From NCBI GenBank assembly GCA_944321085.1, contig CALUJY010000008.1:68685-132684 (forward strand): a stretch of DNA of 64,000 bases. The letters are read 5' to 3'. The first letter of the stretch is position 1; every line of letters begins with the position of its first letter. Source of the stretch: an uncultured Barnesiella sp. (GTDB lineage: Bacteria > Bacteroidota > Bacteroidia > Bacteroidales > Barnesiellaceae_A). Shown here piece by piece: positions 20,082-29,031 of the stretch. Both the position numbers and the translations under genes were made by a program. The notes beneath the pieces were generated by a model. That model worked only from the letters and a program-made list of their open reading frames with translations. It made no database searches and was not told the DNA's origin.

Positions 20082-21284
20082 CTAATTTTGTGGAGCATTG
20101 AACGTCTTGGCAAGTCCGCCCTCCGAGGTCTCTTTGTAAAGGCTGGGGAGGTCGTGCCCCGTCTCACGCATGGCACGCACTACGTTGTCGAACGGCAGGC
20201 GATGTCGCCCGTCGGAGAACATCGAGTAGGTGCTTGCGTCGTAAGCGCGTGTGGCGGCAAAGGCGTTGCGTTCTATGCAGGGTATCTGTACAAGTCCGCA
20301 TACGGGGTCGCATGTGAGACCCAAGTGGTGTTCGAGAGCCATTTCGGCTGCATATTCTATTTGCGAGGTGGAGCCTCCCGATAGTTGGCATGCTGCCGCG
20401 GCTGCCATGGCGCAGGCTACACCTATCTCTCCTTGGCATCCTACTTGTGCGCCCGAAATGGAGGCGTTTTCCTTGACTACGTTGCCAAATAATCCTGCCG
20501 TGGCTAAGGCGCGAATGATGCGGGAATCGGGTATGCCGGCATGCTCTTTCATATAATATAATACGGCCGGCAACACGCCGCAAGAACCGCAGGTGGGGGC
20601 TGTCACAATGATGCCGCCGGCTGCATTCTCTTCGATGGCAGCAAGGGCGTATGCGTAGATGAAACCGCTGCTTTGCAACGCTCCTGCCGAGTTGTGGGCG
20701 TGGATAAGGTAGTCGCCTGCTTTGCGTCGTACTCCTAAGCCTCCCGGTAAGAGACCTTCGGTGTCGAGCCCTCGTAAGATTTCTTCTTGCATTGATTTCC
20801 ATATCTCCGAAAGATAGTCCCAAATGATGTGCCCTTCGCATTGCTCTACATATTCCCAGAAACTGTATCCCATCATTTTGCACCAGTCCAATATTTCATG
20901 TATGGTCGTTTTGTCGTAGATGGGAGTCGCACTCATGGGGTCGTCGCTCAGTGCGCCGCCTCCGGTGCTGTAAGTTGTCCATGAGAGTATAAGCGAACCT
21001 TGGTTGTCGTAAGCGTCGAATTTCATACCGTTGGGATGTTCGGGTAAGAATTCCTGCGGTTTCCATACGATGTCGGTAGGGGCGTTTTTCATCAATACGT
21101 CGTTGATGGCGACATCGGTGAGGTGCCCTTTACCTGTGGCTGCAAGGCTGCCGTATAGCGTTACTTCATAACGGGCAGCACCCGGGGTGCGCTGCAAAAA
21201 ACGTTGGGCAGCGCGGCGCGGCGCCATAGTGTGGCTACTCGATGGCCCACGTCCGATACGGAAAATATGCTTGATAGTATCCAT
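20082..21284 (-). CDS. sdaA: L-serine ammonia-lyase, iron-sulfur dependent (fused alpha/beta)
   Basis: IFRIGRGPSSSHTMAP at the N-terminus, plus CGSCGVLPAV and GAQVGCQGEIGVACAMAA motifs. Start trimmed to MDTIKHIF (21284). Confidence 0.9.
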   Translation of the reverse strand: MDTIKHIFRIGRGPSSSHTMAPRRAAQRFLQRTPGAARYEVTLYGSLAATGKGHLTDVAINDVLMKNAPTDIVWKPQEFLPEHPNGMKFDAYDNQGSLILSWTTYSTGGGALSDDPMSATPIYDKTTIHEILDWCKMMGYSFWEYVEQCEGHIIWDYLSEIWKSMQEEILRGLDTEGLLPGGLGVRRKAGDYLIHAHNSAGALQSSGFIYAYALAAIEENAAGGIIVTAPTCGSCGVLPAVLYYMKEHAGIPDSRIIRALATAGLFGNVVKENASISGAQVGCQGEIGVACAMAAAAACQLSGGSTSQIEYAAEMALEHHLGLTCDPVCGLVQIPCIERNAFAATRAYDASTYSMFSDGRHRLPFDNVVRAMRETGHDLPSLYKETSEGGLAKTFNAPQN

Positions 21285-21325
21285 GCTCGATGCGATAATT
21301 GCCGGTGCAATTTTATAAAACGGCG

Positions 21326-21333
21326 CAAACTTA
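21326..21333 (-). promoter_or_regulatory. -7 box TAAGTTTG for sdaA
   Basis: Plus-strand caaactta, 41 nt upstream of ATG 21284 and inside the track's N-terminal extension. Confidence 0.4.
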
Positions 21334-21469
21334 CACAAAATATTGCAAACGACAACTTTTTGGCATGTTAAAGTGTTATTCTGTATTGTTGAGTCGTAGC
21401 CTTATATCGAGCTTTGATAAAGCGCTTCGAAAATATGTGATATTCTTTGTGACCAATGAAAAAAAGTAC

Positions 21470-21477
21470 TAAATTTG
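21470..21477 (+). promoter_or_regulatory. -7 box TAAATTTG for the wza-wzc pair
   Basis: 24 nt upstream of ATG 21502. It overlaps the track's start at 21475, which argues against that start. Confidence 0.45.
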
Positions 21478-21501
21478 CAACGCCTAAATTGTTTTGAAAT
21501 A

Positions 21502-22302
21502 ATGAAAAAAATCTTGATATTATCGTCGGTTTTGCTTTTGCTTGCTTCGTGCCAATCGGCCAAGCAAGTTCCTTATTTGCAAAATGTGGATGAAATACCT
21601 GCCGATGTTTTAACTAAGACTACATACGTTCCCGAGCAGATATTGATGCCCGGTGACTTGCTTGATATAACAGTAATGGCTACCGACCGTGTGTCGGTGC
21701 AACCCTTCAACCGTCGGGTTGTAGATATTACCAAATCGTCGGGTTCCCTGAACTCCGATGAGCTGAATTTTTATCTCGTCGACAACTCGGGTTACATAGA
21801 CATGCCGGTTTTGGGGCGTATCTATGTGCAGGGAATGACCAAATCGGAGTTGGAGAATTATATTCGCGATGAGATATATCCCAAGTATATTCATGAAGTG
21901 CCTGCGGTGACGGTACGTTTCGAGAATTTCCGCATTTCGGTTACGGGCGATGTAGCGAAGCCCGGCTCGTTTGTTGTGCCTAATGAGCGCATCAACGTTT
22001 TGGAAGCGATAGCCTTGGCCGGCGATTTGAATATAACCGGACGGCGCGACAATGTACTTTTGGTGCGTGTCAATGCCGACGGTTCGCGCACAACTGCTCG
22101 CCTTGATCTTACCGACAAAGACCTCATACTGTCGCCTTACTTCTATTTGCAGCAGAACGACGTACTCTATGTAGAACCCAACGTGTCGAAGGCGCGTTCT
22201 TCTACAGTAGTGCCTCCTACTGCCTCGTTGGCTATCAGTATTATAGGCTCGGCATTGTCGGTAGCTTCTTTAATAATGACAATTTTGAATTTCACAAAAT
22301 AA
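21502..22302 (+). CDS. polysaccharide export outer-membrane protein (Wza-like)
   Basis: Lipoprotein signal MKKILILSSVLLLLASC. Poly_export-type motifs PGDLLDITV, VDNSGYIDMPVLGRIYVQGMT, and a SLBB-like GDVAKPGSF. Confidence 0.85.
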   Translation: MKKILILSSVLLLLASCQSAKQVPYLQNVDEIPADVLTKTTYVPEQILMPGDLLDITVMATDRVSVQPFNRRVVDITKSSGSLNSDELNFYLVDNSGYIDMPVLGRIYVQGMTKSELENYIRDEIYPKYIHEVPAVTVRFENFRISVTGDVAKPGSFVVPNERINVLEAIALAGDLNITGRRDNVLLVRVNADGSRTTARLDLTDKDLILSPYFYLQQNDVLYVEPNVSKARSSTVVPPTASLAISIIGSALSVASLIMTILNFTK

Positions 22303-22306
22303 TAAC

Positions 22307-24718
22307 ATGGAAAACAATAATTTCAATCTGCAACAAGGGAACGAGCAGGAAGAAAACAGTGGGTTTGATTTTACTTTGTTTCTTTTGGAATGCCTTTCGC
22401 ATTGGAAATGGTTCTTATTGAGTCTTGTTGTGGTACTGGGCTTTGCCGTGTACTATACGATGCGTTCGGTACCTATATATAATGTCAAGGCATTGGTGCT
22501 GATGGTAGATAAATGGTCTAAGACCGAAAGCGACGTCTTGACTCAAAGTCTCGGTATTACATCGGGTGTAGATAATATCTTCAATGAGATAGAGGTAATG
22601 CGTTCGCGTACCATCGTCAAGAAGGTGGTAGACGACCTCGACCTTTATGCTTCGTATAACATGAAGGGTAAAATGCGCAACCAGCCGTTGTATAACAATA
22701 CTCCCTTTGTGATACGTCCCGACTCTGCTACCAACATAGAGCAGATGCAGACGGCTGTGAAGTTTACCATAAAACCGGCTACTGCCGATGGAACATTCCA
22801 TATCACTGCCGACTATACTTTCGAAAAGGAGAAAAAGAAGGCCGAGTTTACTACGAAAGAATATCCCTATGCAGCATACGTGCCGGCCGTAGGAACATTT
22901 ATCATAGAACACGTCATGGGGTACGATTCGATACAGAACGAGCTGTATGTGACGGTACGCAATCCGAATGACGTGGCAAAGTCGATAGCTTCGGGGCTGA
23001 AAATATCACAGTTCGACAAAAATACGCTCTTGCTCGACATTTCGTACAACACCCCTATACAGCAGATGGGTATCGATATTATCAACCGCGTGGTTTACTA
23101 CTATAACGAAGACGGTATCGCCGAGAAGAACCGTGCGGCAAATAATACCGAGGCATTCATCAACAAACGTCTTGTAGCTATACAAAAAGAACTTTCTTCG
23201 GTAGAAGAAGAGGTAGAGCAATATCGTACGCAACGCGGCCTCACAGACATATCGTCTGAGGCGCAACTCTATCTGCAACAAACGGGCGAGGCCGATAAGG
23301 AGCGCAGCGAGCTCGATGTGCAACTCAGCTTGGTAGAGTATGTAGAGACTTTCTTGGGTGAGAGCGACAATATCTTTTCTCCCATCCCCGCTCTCGGTAT
23401 TACTGACGACGGTCTTCGTGCTGTTATCGGCGACTATAACAAGGCTATTGCCGAGCGTGAGCGTCTGCTCAGCACTTCGAGCGAAAACAACCCCGTTGTA
23501 CAAGAATATACACAGAATATCAGAGCTCTGCGTTCCAATGTGTTGCAAGGTGTAGCATCGACCCGTCGCGGCATAGAGTTGCGTAAGAAAGATATACAAC
23601 GGCAAGATACTGAGATAGAAGAGAAGATACGCAATGTGCCGCAATATGAACGTGAGCTTACCGACATTATGCGTCAGCAACGTATCAAAGAGAACCTTTT
23701 TGTATTCTTGCTCGAGAAACGCGAGGAAAATGCCCTTACCCAAACTTTGGCCGTAGGCGATGCCCGCATGATAGACGAGCCGTCGAGTGCCGGAATCGTA
23801 GCGCCGCAGAAGATGAAAATATTCTTCGGGGCATTTATCATAGCATTGCTTATACCCGGTTGTATTATCTTCCTCAAACGCCTCATGTTCCCGGCATTCC
23901 AAGACAAGGTAGAGTTGGAACGACTTACACATATTCCGGTGTTGGCCGAATTGCCTCATAACGGGAGTAACGATTTCTTTGTTGTGAAAGAGAAGAGCAA
24001 CGATGCTATTGCCGAATTGTTCCGTTTGTTACGAAACAATCTGCAATTCTGTTTCAGTTCACCCGACAAAAAAGTGGTGCTTGTCACCTCGTCGGTATCG
24101 AAAGAGGGTAAAACTTTCGTTTCGTCAAACCTTGCCGTCTCTTTTGCTTTGACAGGAAAGAAGGTGCTGTTGGTCGGTCTTGACATACGTCGTCCGCGTA
24201 TCGCATACCACTTCGACTTGCCCAATAAAAAAGGTGTTACCAACTATCTGTCGGGGCAGATAACCGACATCGACGAGCTGATACAACACTCGGGTAAGGT
24301 AGATACACTCGACATCCTGTCGGGAGGCCCCATACCGCCCAATCCCAATGAGTTGTTGCTCAATCCCAATCTCGATAAGCTCTTCGCCGAGTTGCGCAAT
24401 CGCTATGATTATATCATCATAGATTCTGCGCCGGTATGTATGGTTTCCGATTCGTTCCTTATCAACCGGGTTGTAGATGTGACACTCTTCGTAACACGTG
24501 CCGCTTATACCTCGCGCAATCACATCAAGGCTTTGAATCCGCTTGCCGTTAACAACAAGCTCAATTCTCTTTACCTCTGTATCAATGATGTTAATATCAC
24601 GAGTCATACATACTCCTATCGTAAGTATGGTTACAGCTATGGTACGTCGACGTATGGAAGTTATGGATATGGCGAAGATAACAATCATAAAAAACGCCGT
24701 TGGTTCGGCCGCAAATAA
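22307..24718 (+). CDS. polysaccharide co-polymerase / tyrosine autokinase (Wzc-like)
   Basis: 803 aa. An N-terminal Wzz domain with two TM segments, a coiled-coil region, Walker A VTSSVSKEGKTF, Walker B IIIDSAP, and a C-terminal Tyr cluster YSYRKYGYSYGTSTYGSYGYG. Confidence 0.85.
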   Translation: MENNNFNLQQGNEQEENSGFDFTLFLLECLSHWKWFLLSLVVVLGFAVYYTMRSVPIYNVKALVLMVDKWSKTESDVLTQSLGITSGVDNIFNEIEVMRSRTIVKKVVDDLDLYASYNMKGKMRNQPLYNNTPFVIRPDSATNIEQMQTAVKFTIKPATADGTFHITADYTFEKEKKKAEFTTKEYPYAAYVPAVGTFIIEHVMGYDSIQNELYVTVRNPNDVAKSIASGLKISQFDKNTLLLDISYNTPIQQMGIDIINRVVYYYNEDGIAEKNRAANNTEAFINKRLVAIQKELSSVEEEVEQYRTQRGLTDISSEAQLYLQQTGEADKERSELDVQLSLVEYVETFLGESDNIFSPIPALGITDDGLRAVIGDYNKAIAERERLLSTSSENNPVVQEYTQNIRALRSNVLQGVASTRRGIELRKKDIQRQDTEIEEKIRNVPQYERELTDIMRQQRIKENLFVFLLEKREENALTQTLAVGDARMIDEPSSAGIVAPQKMKIFFGAFIIALLIPGCIIFLKRLMFPAFQDKVELERLTHIPVLAELPHNGSNDFFVVKEKSNDAIAELFRLLRNNLQFCFSSPDKKVVLVTSSVSKEGKTFVSSNLAVSFALTGKKVLLVGLDIRRPRIAYHFDLPNKKGVTNYLSGQITDIDELIQHSGKVDTLDILSGGPIPPNPNELLLNPNLDKLFAELRNRYDYIIIDSAPVCMVSDSFLINRVVDVTLFVTRAAYTSRNHIKALNPLAVNNKLNSLYLCINDVNITSHTYSYRKYGYSYGTSTYGSYGYGEDNNHKKRRWFGRK

Positions 24719-24759
24719 ATGATTGTAATCGGATAGAATTATAAAAAATACAAGAGAAT

Positions 24760-24790
24760 GGGGGTGTATCATCGATAAAGATACACCCCC
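24760..24790. terminator. bidirectional terminator hairpin between wzc-like (+) and YbjN-like (-) genes
   Basis: gggggtgtatc-atcgataaa-gatacaccccc, an 11-bp perfect stem. Confidence 0.6.
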
Positions 24791-24813
24791 ATTCCTATTT
24801 TATATAATTTATA

Positions 24814-25191
24814 CTATTTATTGAGGCTCTCTTGTACTACATATACATATTTGCATAGTAACTCTACGCAACGAGGGAAAAAATCGCTTATATTAGGTGT
24901 AGAGTCCAATAGCAACTCAATCGATAACCAGAGCCTGTCTTCGAGGAGGATAGCCTTCAATATCTTGGTGTCGCGTGTTATTTGGTTTGCGACTTCAAGA
25001 CCTTTCATGCGGTTCCCTTGTACGTCGTATACATTGGGTATCATGATTTGTAAATACGAACTGTCTTTTTCGTCATTTACGCAAAATAAGTTGAACCCTT
25101 TATAAGAGAAATGGACATTGCCGTACTCGTCTTGTTCGTACCTGAATCCTTCCGATGCAAGATATTCCTTAACTAAATCTATGGTCTTCAT
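24814..25191 (-). CDS. YbjN-like (T3SS-chaperone-fold) small protein, paralogue 1
   Basis: 125 aa. IDLVKEYLASEGFRYEQDEYGNVHFSYKGFNLFCVNDEKDSSYLQIMIPNVY...LWLSIELLL matches the YbjN-domain pattern as I remember it. The gene is AT-rich. Confidence 0.5.
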   Translation of the reverse strand: MKTIDLVKEYLASEGFRYEQDEYGNVHFSYKGFNLFCVNDEKDSSYLQIMIPNVYDVQGNRMKGLEVANQITRDTKILKAILLEDRLWLSIELLLDSTPNISDFFPRCVELLCKYVYVVQESLNK

Positions 25192-25260
25192 AATTCATAC
25201 ATTATTAGTAAAATACATTGTAGTTTGTGGTAAGCTATTTTCCTATTATCTCGAAAAGTA

Positions 25261-25623
25261 TCATTGGGCAAGTCGGGTAAATAGCTCATCCGAAGTCTTA
25301 TTCAAAAGCCCTAAGGCTATTTCATAATCTTCGGCTATTGTATGTTCCGAAGGGATAAATTCGTAGCTGCACCATACAGTATTTTCGTTCTGAGTAAATT
25401 TCACTACAAATTTGTCGCGGTTCAATTCGTTGCATGTCTCTAAGACTTTATATTTATCAAATCTTTCCGTATTGCAAATCAAGACAATTTGCAAGAACTT
25501 AGAGTTTGCTTTGAAAGCAAAATACATTGTACCTTCAAATTTAAAAGAGATATAATTTTCCTCTTCTGTAAACCGAAACCCCTCTTCTAAAAGAAAATTC
25601 TTGAAATAATCGAAACCTGTCAT
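25261..25623 (-). CDS. YbjN-like small protein, paralogue 2
   Basis: 120 aa. FDYFKNFLLEEGFRFTEEENYISFKFEGTMYFAFKANSKFLQIVLICN has the same architecture as the neighbouring gene. It is very AT-rich; hand counts of two 60-nt lines gave 27% and 37% GC. Confidence 0.5.
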   Translation of the reverse strand: MTGFDYFKNFLLEEGFRFTEEENYISFKFEGTMYFAFKANSKFLQIVLICNTERFDKYKVLETCNELNRDKFVVKFTQNENTVWCSYEFIPSEHTIAEDYEIALGLLNKTSDELFTRLAQ

Positions 25624-26037
25624 AGTTTTAGATTTTTAATGGTGAATAATTAGTTGATTGTGTGTTTTGTATGCCATTCTTACTGAATCGTTATTCTACA
25701 TATAATGCTATGCCGCAGACAACTTATTAAGCTATATCTTGCCACTAACGCTGCCTATATTGTAGGGCGGATATATGCTACGATATATATAAAAGTGAAA
25801 GGAGCTCTTTCCGAAACCGAAGTATTCAAAGAGGCAACCTCCAACAGCTTCCTATATTTGTGTATAATACAAATGTAAGAAAAAATTTTGATAAAACAAC
25901 AAGAAAATCTTTGTTTTTTGTTCTATCTTCCTGTTTCTCCCTGTTTTCTGTTCATTTGGATAGATTCTTTCAAAAAGTACTTCTATTGCAGAGCCTGTGA
26001 CGAATAGTTATTCGTCCTCCTTCTTTGGAAAAGATGT

Positions 26038-26769
26038 TTATTCCGGATAAATCATTTTCCGGGTTACACCGCCATCTACCGTGATAGTCTGCCCGTTGAC
26101 GAAGTCGTTTGCAGGGTCGCAGAGAAATATGACGGTGCGGGCAATATCTTCGGGCGTTCCAACCCGACCGCTGGGGTGAAATGCGTGGTCGATGGGGCGC
26201 AGATGTTCTTCTTCGTTGACATGAATCCACCCCGGTGCTACGGCGTTGACCGTGATGTGGAGTGGCGCCAGCGAGATGGCAAGAGCGTGGGTCAGAGCAT
26301 AGATGCCGCCTTTCGATGCGCTATAACCTTCTGTCCCGGCTTCGCTCATCAGGTAGCGGGTGGAGCAGAGGTTGACAATGCGCCCGTATGACGTATTCCC
26401 GTTCCGTTGCCGGTGTCGGGCTAAAAAACGGGAGGTAATAAATGCCGAACGGAGGTTGGTGTTGATAATCCGGTCAAACTCTTCCAACTCTATTTCAGTG
26501 ATGGGCTTAAACACGCTTATTCCTGCGTTGTTGACCATGACGTCGATGTCGCCCCATTCTTCTACGATTGTTTGCAGGCAATGTTCCAGCTGTTTCGGGT
26601 CGGCAACATCTGCCGGGTAGAATATGGCTCCTGTTGCATCATGCAAGGTTTTGCCCCGCGCCACATCGATGTCGCAAAAGGCTACGCGGTCGCCTGTTTT
26701 GCAGAACGCCTCTACAATGCTTTTTCCTATGCCATGCGCTCCGCCTGTTACGAATACACGTCTTTCCAT
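26038..26769 (-). CDS. SDR-family oxidoreductase
   Basis: 243 aa. TGGAHGIGKS cofactor motif, NNAG, and a catalytic YSASKGG. Confidence 0.85.
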   Translation of the reverse strand: MERRVFVTGGAHGIGKSIVEAFCKTGDRVAFCDIDVARGKTLHDATGAIFYPADVADPKQLEHCLQTIVEEWGDIDVMVNNAGISVFKPITEIELEEFDRIINTNLRSAFITSRFLARHRQRNGNTSYGRIVNLCSTRYLMSEAGTEGYSASKGGIYALTHALAISLAPLHITVNAVAPGWIHVNEEEHLRPIDHAFHPSGRVGTPEDIARTVIFLCDPANDFVNGQTITVDGGVTRKMIYPE

Positions 26770-26770
26770 C

Positions 26771-27169
26771 TTATGCTATACCTAATAGTTCTATTTCGAA
26801 TATGAGTGTGGAATTGCCCGGTATGCCCGGCTGCGAAAATTTGCCGTATCCCATTTCGGCCGGAATATAGATTTCCCATTTGTCGCCCACGCACATCTGT
26901 TGCATGGCAATAATCCATCCGTCTATAAGGTCGCATAGGCGGATGGCCAACGGTGTGCCGCCGAGGCTGCTGTCGAACTGTTTGCCGTCAATCGTTCGTC
27001 CTGTGTAGTGGGCGGTGATGATACTGCGCAGGTTCGGATGTCGGCCGTCGGCTTTCCCTTCCGATAAAACTTTATAATAGATGCCTTTGGGTAATGCCTT
27101 TACCCCATCTTCTTTCGATTTTTGTATGAGCCACTCCTTGTTGGCTTGCGCGTATGCTTTTTTGTCCAT
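26771..27169 (-). CDS. FKBP-type peptidyl-prolyl cis-trans isomerase
   Basis: 132 aa. ITAHYTGRTIDGKQFDSS...PAEMGYG...IPGNSTLIFEIELLGI is the FKBP_C signature. It sits 1 nt upstream of the SDR gene. Confidence 0.85.
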   Translation of the reverse strand: MDKKAYAQANKEWLIQKSKEDGVKALPKGIYYKVLSEGKADGRHPNLRSIITAHYTGRTIDGKQFDSSLGGTPLAIRLCDLIDGWIIAMQQMCVGDKWEIYIPAEMGYGKFSQPGIPGNSTLIFEIELLGIA

Positions 27170-27262
27170 TATCGTTTGTCTTCTGATTTCAGAGTTTTGC
27201 TACCCGATGCGTTTTATCTGAGTACGGTATTTATCTGTATGACCTTTCGTTGCACGGTGGTC

Positions 27263-27559
27263 TTAAAAATCTGTATAAATCGGTATGAGGAGGTCTTCTT
27301 TCGGCCAGTAGGGCAAGAAGAACAGGGGCATAGGTTTGCCCCCGACACCATCCCACTCGACACTTTTGATTTGGCTAAGCTCCGGATAGCCGAAGTCGAA
27401 TGAACTCCCGTATAATAGAATGGCTCCACGACTTTCGTCCAGCTTCCATAATCCGCCACCATAGGGGCATTGTTCGCCGGAGGTCAGCAAGTCTCTATGT
27501 AGATATACGCACCCGAACCTTAGTATGCCATTTTGGGTAATAATGAATTTCTGATACAT
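27263..27559 (-). CDS. hypothetical 98-aa protein
   Basis: A single clean ORF in an otherwise empty interval. No motif recognised and no signal peptide. Confidence 0.4.
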   Translation of the reverse strand: MYQKFIITQNGILRFGCVYLHRDLLTSGEQCPYGGGLWKLDESRGAILLYGSSFDFGYPELSQIKSVEWDGVGGKPMPLFFLPYWPKEDLLIPIYTDF

Positions 27560-27638
27560 ATATTGCTGCTTTTATTTCTTTGATTTATAACATATTACTG
27601 ACTCTTCTGGATAATCTCACCTCTTATTTTTATAGCGC

Positions 27639-27676
27639 GGGCTGCAAAGGGGTGGGAGAAGCACCACTTGCAGCCC
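27639..27676 (-). terminator. stem-loop downstream of the threonine dehydratase gene
   Basis: gggctgcaa...ttgcagccc, a 9-bp stem with inner ggtg/cacc pairing, starting 30 nt after the stop at 27706. Confidence 0.4.
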
Positions 27677-27705
27677 GGTGGTTTTATGCCTTATGACAGT
27701 TGTCG

Positions 27706-28899
27706 TTATACCAATTTATACCCTTTATCCGTGAGGGCTTGCATGATGTGGGCGATGTGCTCGTTGTTGCGGGTCTCCAATTGCAGGTGTACGTAGCAAC
27801 CGCGTAGGTCGATGTTGAGCCCCGACCGTTCGTGGTTGATAGAGATGACATTGGCGCCTTGTTCGGCTACGATGCCGAGTATGCCGAGAAGTTGTCCCGG
27901 TTTGTCGGAGAGCTCGACGGTAAGGTTGCAGGTGCGTCCGTTCATGATAAGTCCTCGTTTGACGACGCGAGCCAAGATGGTAACATCGATGTTACCGCCC
28001 GATACGAGACATACGGTCTTCTTGCCTTGTATGGGCAGCTTGTTGAACATGGCTGCTGCTACGGCTATCGCGCCGGCACCCTCGGCGATGAGTTTGTGCT
28101 GCTCTATCAGGGCAAGGATGGCGGCCGAAATTTCGTCGTCGGTAATGGTTGCAATTTCATCGACAAAGCGGCTGCAATAATCAAATGTGTGCGTACCCGG
28201 TTCTTTTACAGCGATACCGTCGGCGATGGTCGATACCGAAGGGAGACGTACGATGCGGTGGTCAATGAGAGATTGGTACATGCTGGGCGCTCCGGCTGCT
28301 TGTACGCCATATACTTTGATGTCGGGTCGGAGCGTTTTCAGGGTGAAGGCAACGCCCGAGATGAGACCGCCGCCGCCTACCGGTACGATAACGGCTTCGA
28401 GGTCGGGCAGCTGTTCCAGCATTTCGAGGGCTATGGTGCCTTGTCCGGCAATCACGAACTCGTCATCGAAGGGGTGGACAAACGTGTACCCGTGTTCGTG
28501 CTGCAACTCTACGGCTTTGTTGTAGGCATCGTCATATACGCCGTTTACCAGGCACACCTCTGCACCGAGGCGCTTGGTAGCTTCTATCTTCGATATGGGA
28601 GCTCCTGCCGGCAGGCATATCAGCGATTTAATGCCGTTTTTGGTGGCTCCGAGGGCTACGCCTTGCGCATGGTTTCCTGCCGAGCAGGCAATCACGCCGC
28701 GGGCCTTCTCCTCGTCGTTGAGTTGTGATATTTTGTAGTATGCGCCTCTTACCTTGAAGGAGCCAGTCACTTGCAGGTTTTCGGTCTTTAAGTAAACTTC
28801 GCTTTCGGGGTTGATAAGGTTGGCGCGTATCATGTCGGTGCGCCTTACCACGCTCTTCAATACGTCGGCGGCATGGTGTATTCGGTCGATTGTAAGCAT
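27706..28899 (-). CDS. ilvA: threonine ammonia-lyase (PLP-dependent, with C-terminal ACT-like domain)
   Basis: 397 aa. PLP lysine motif TGSFKVRGA, plus SAGNHAQGVA and GGGGLISG. The regulatory C-terminal domain is about 80 aa. Confidence 0.9.
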   Translation of the reverse strand: MLTIDRIHHAADVLKSVVRRTDMIRANLINPESEVYLKTENLQVTGSFKVRGAYYKISQLNDEEKARGVIACSAGNHAQGVALGATKNGIKSLICLPAGAPISKIEATKRLGAEVCLVNGVYDDAYNKAVELQHEHGYTFVHPFDDEFVIAGQGTIALEMLEQLPDLEAVIVPVGGGGLISGVAFTLKTLRPDIKVYGVQAAGAPSMYQSLIDHRIVRLPSVSTIADGIAVKEPGTHTFDYCSRFVDEIATITDDEISAAILALIEQHKLIAEGAGAIAVAAAMFNKLPIQGKKTVCLVSGGNIDVTILARVVKRGLIMNGRTCNLTVELSDKPGQLLGILGIVAEQGANVISINHERSGLNIDLRGCYVHLQLETRNNEHIAHIMQALTDKGYKLV

Positions 28900-28934
28900 G
28901 TTTCTCAGAGATTAGTTAAGTTGTTTGCTTATTG

Positions 28935-28942
28935 CAAATGTA
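28935..28942 (-). promoter_or_regulatory. -7 box TACATTTG for the threonine dehydratase gene
   Basis: Plus-strand caaatgta, 35 nt upstream of ATG 28899. Confidence 0.45.
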
Positions 28943-29031
28943 GAAAAATTGTAATAACAAACCAATAAACAAAAAAATTACAATTGTTAAAAATACACCT
29001 CTGCGACACAAGCCTGTGTAATGCGGCGGCA

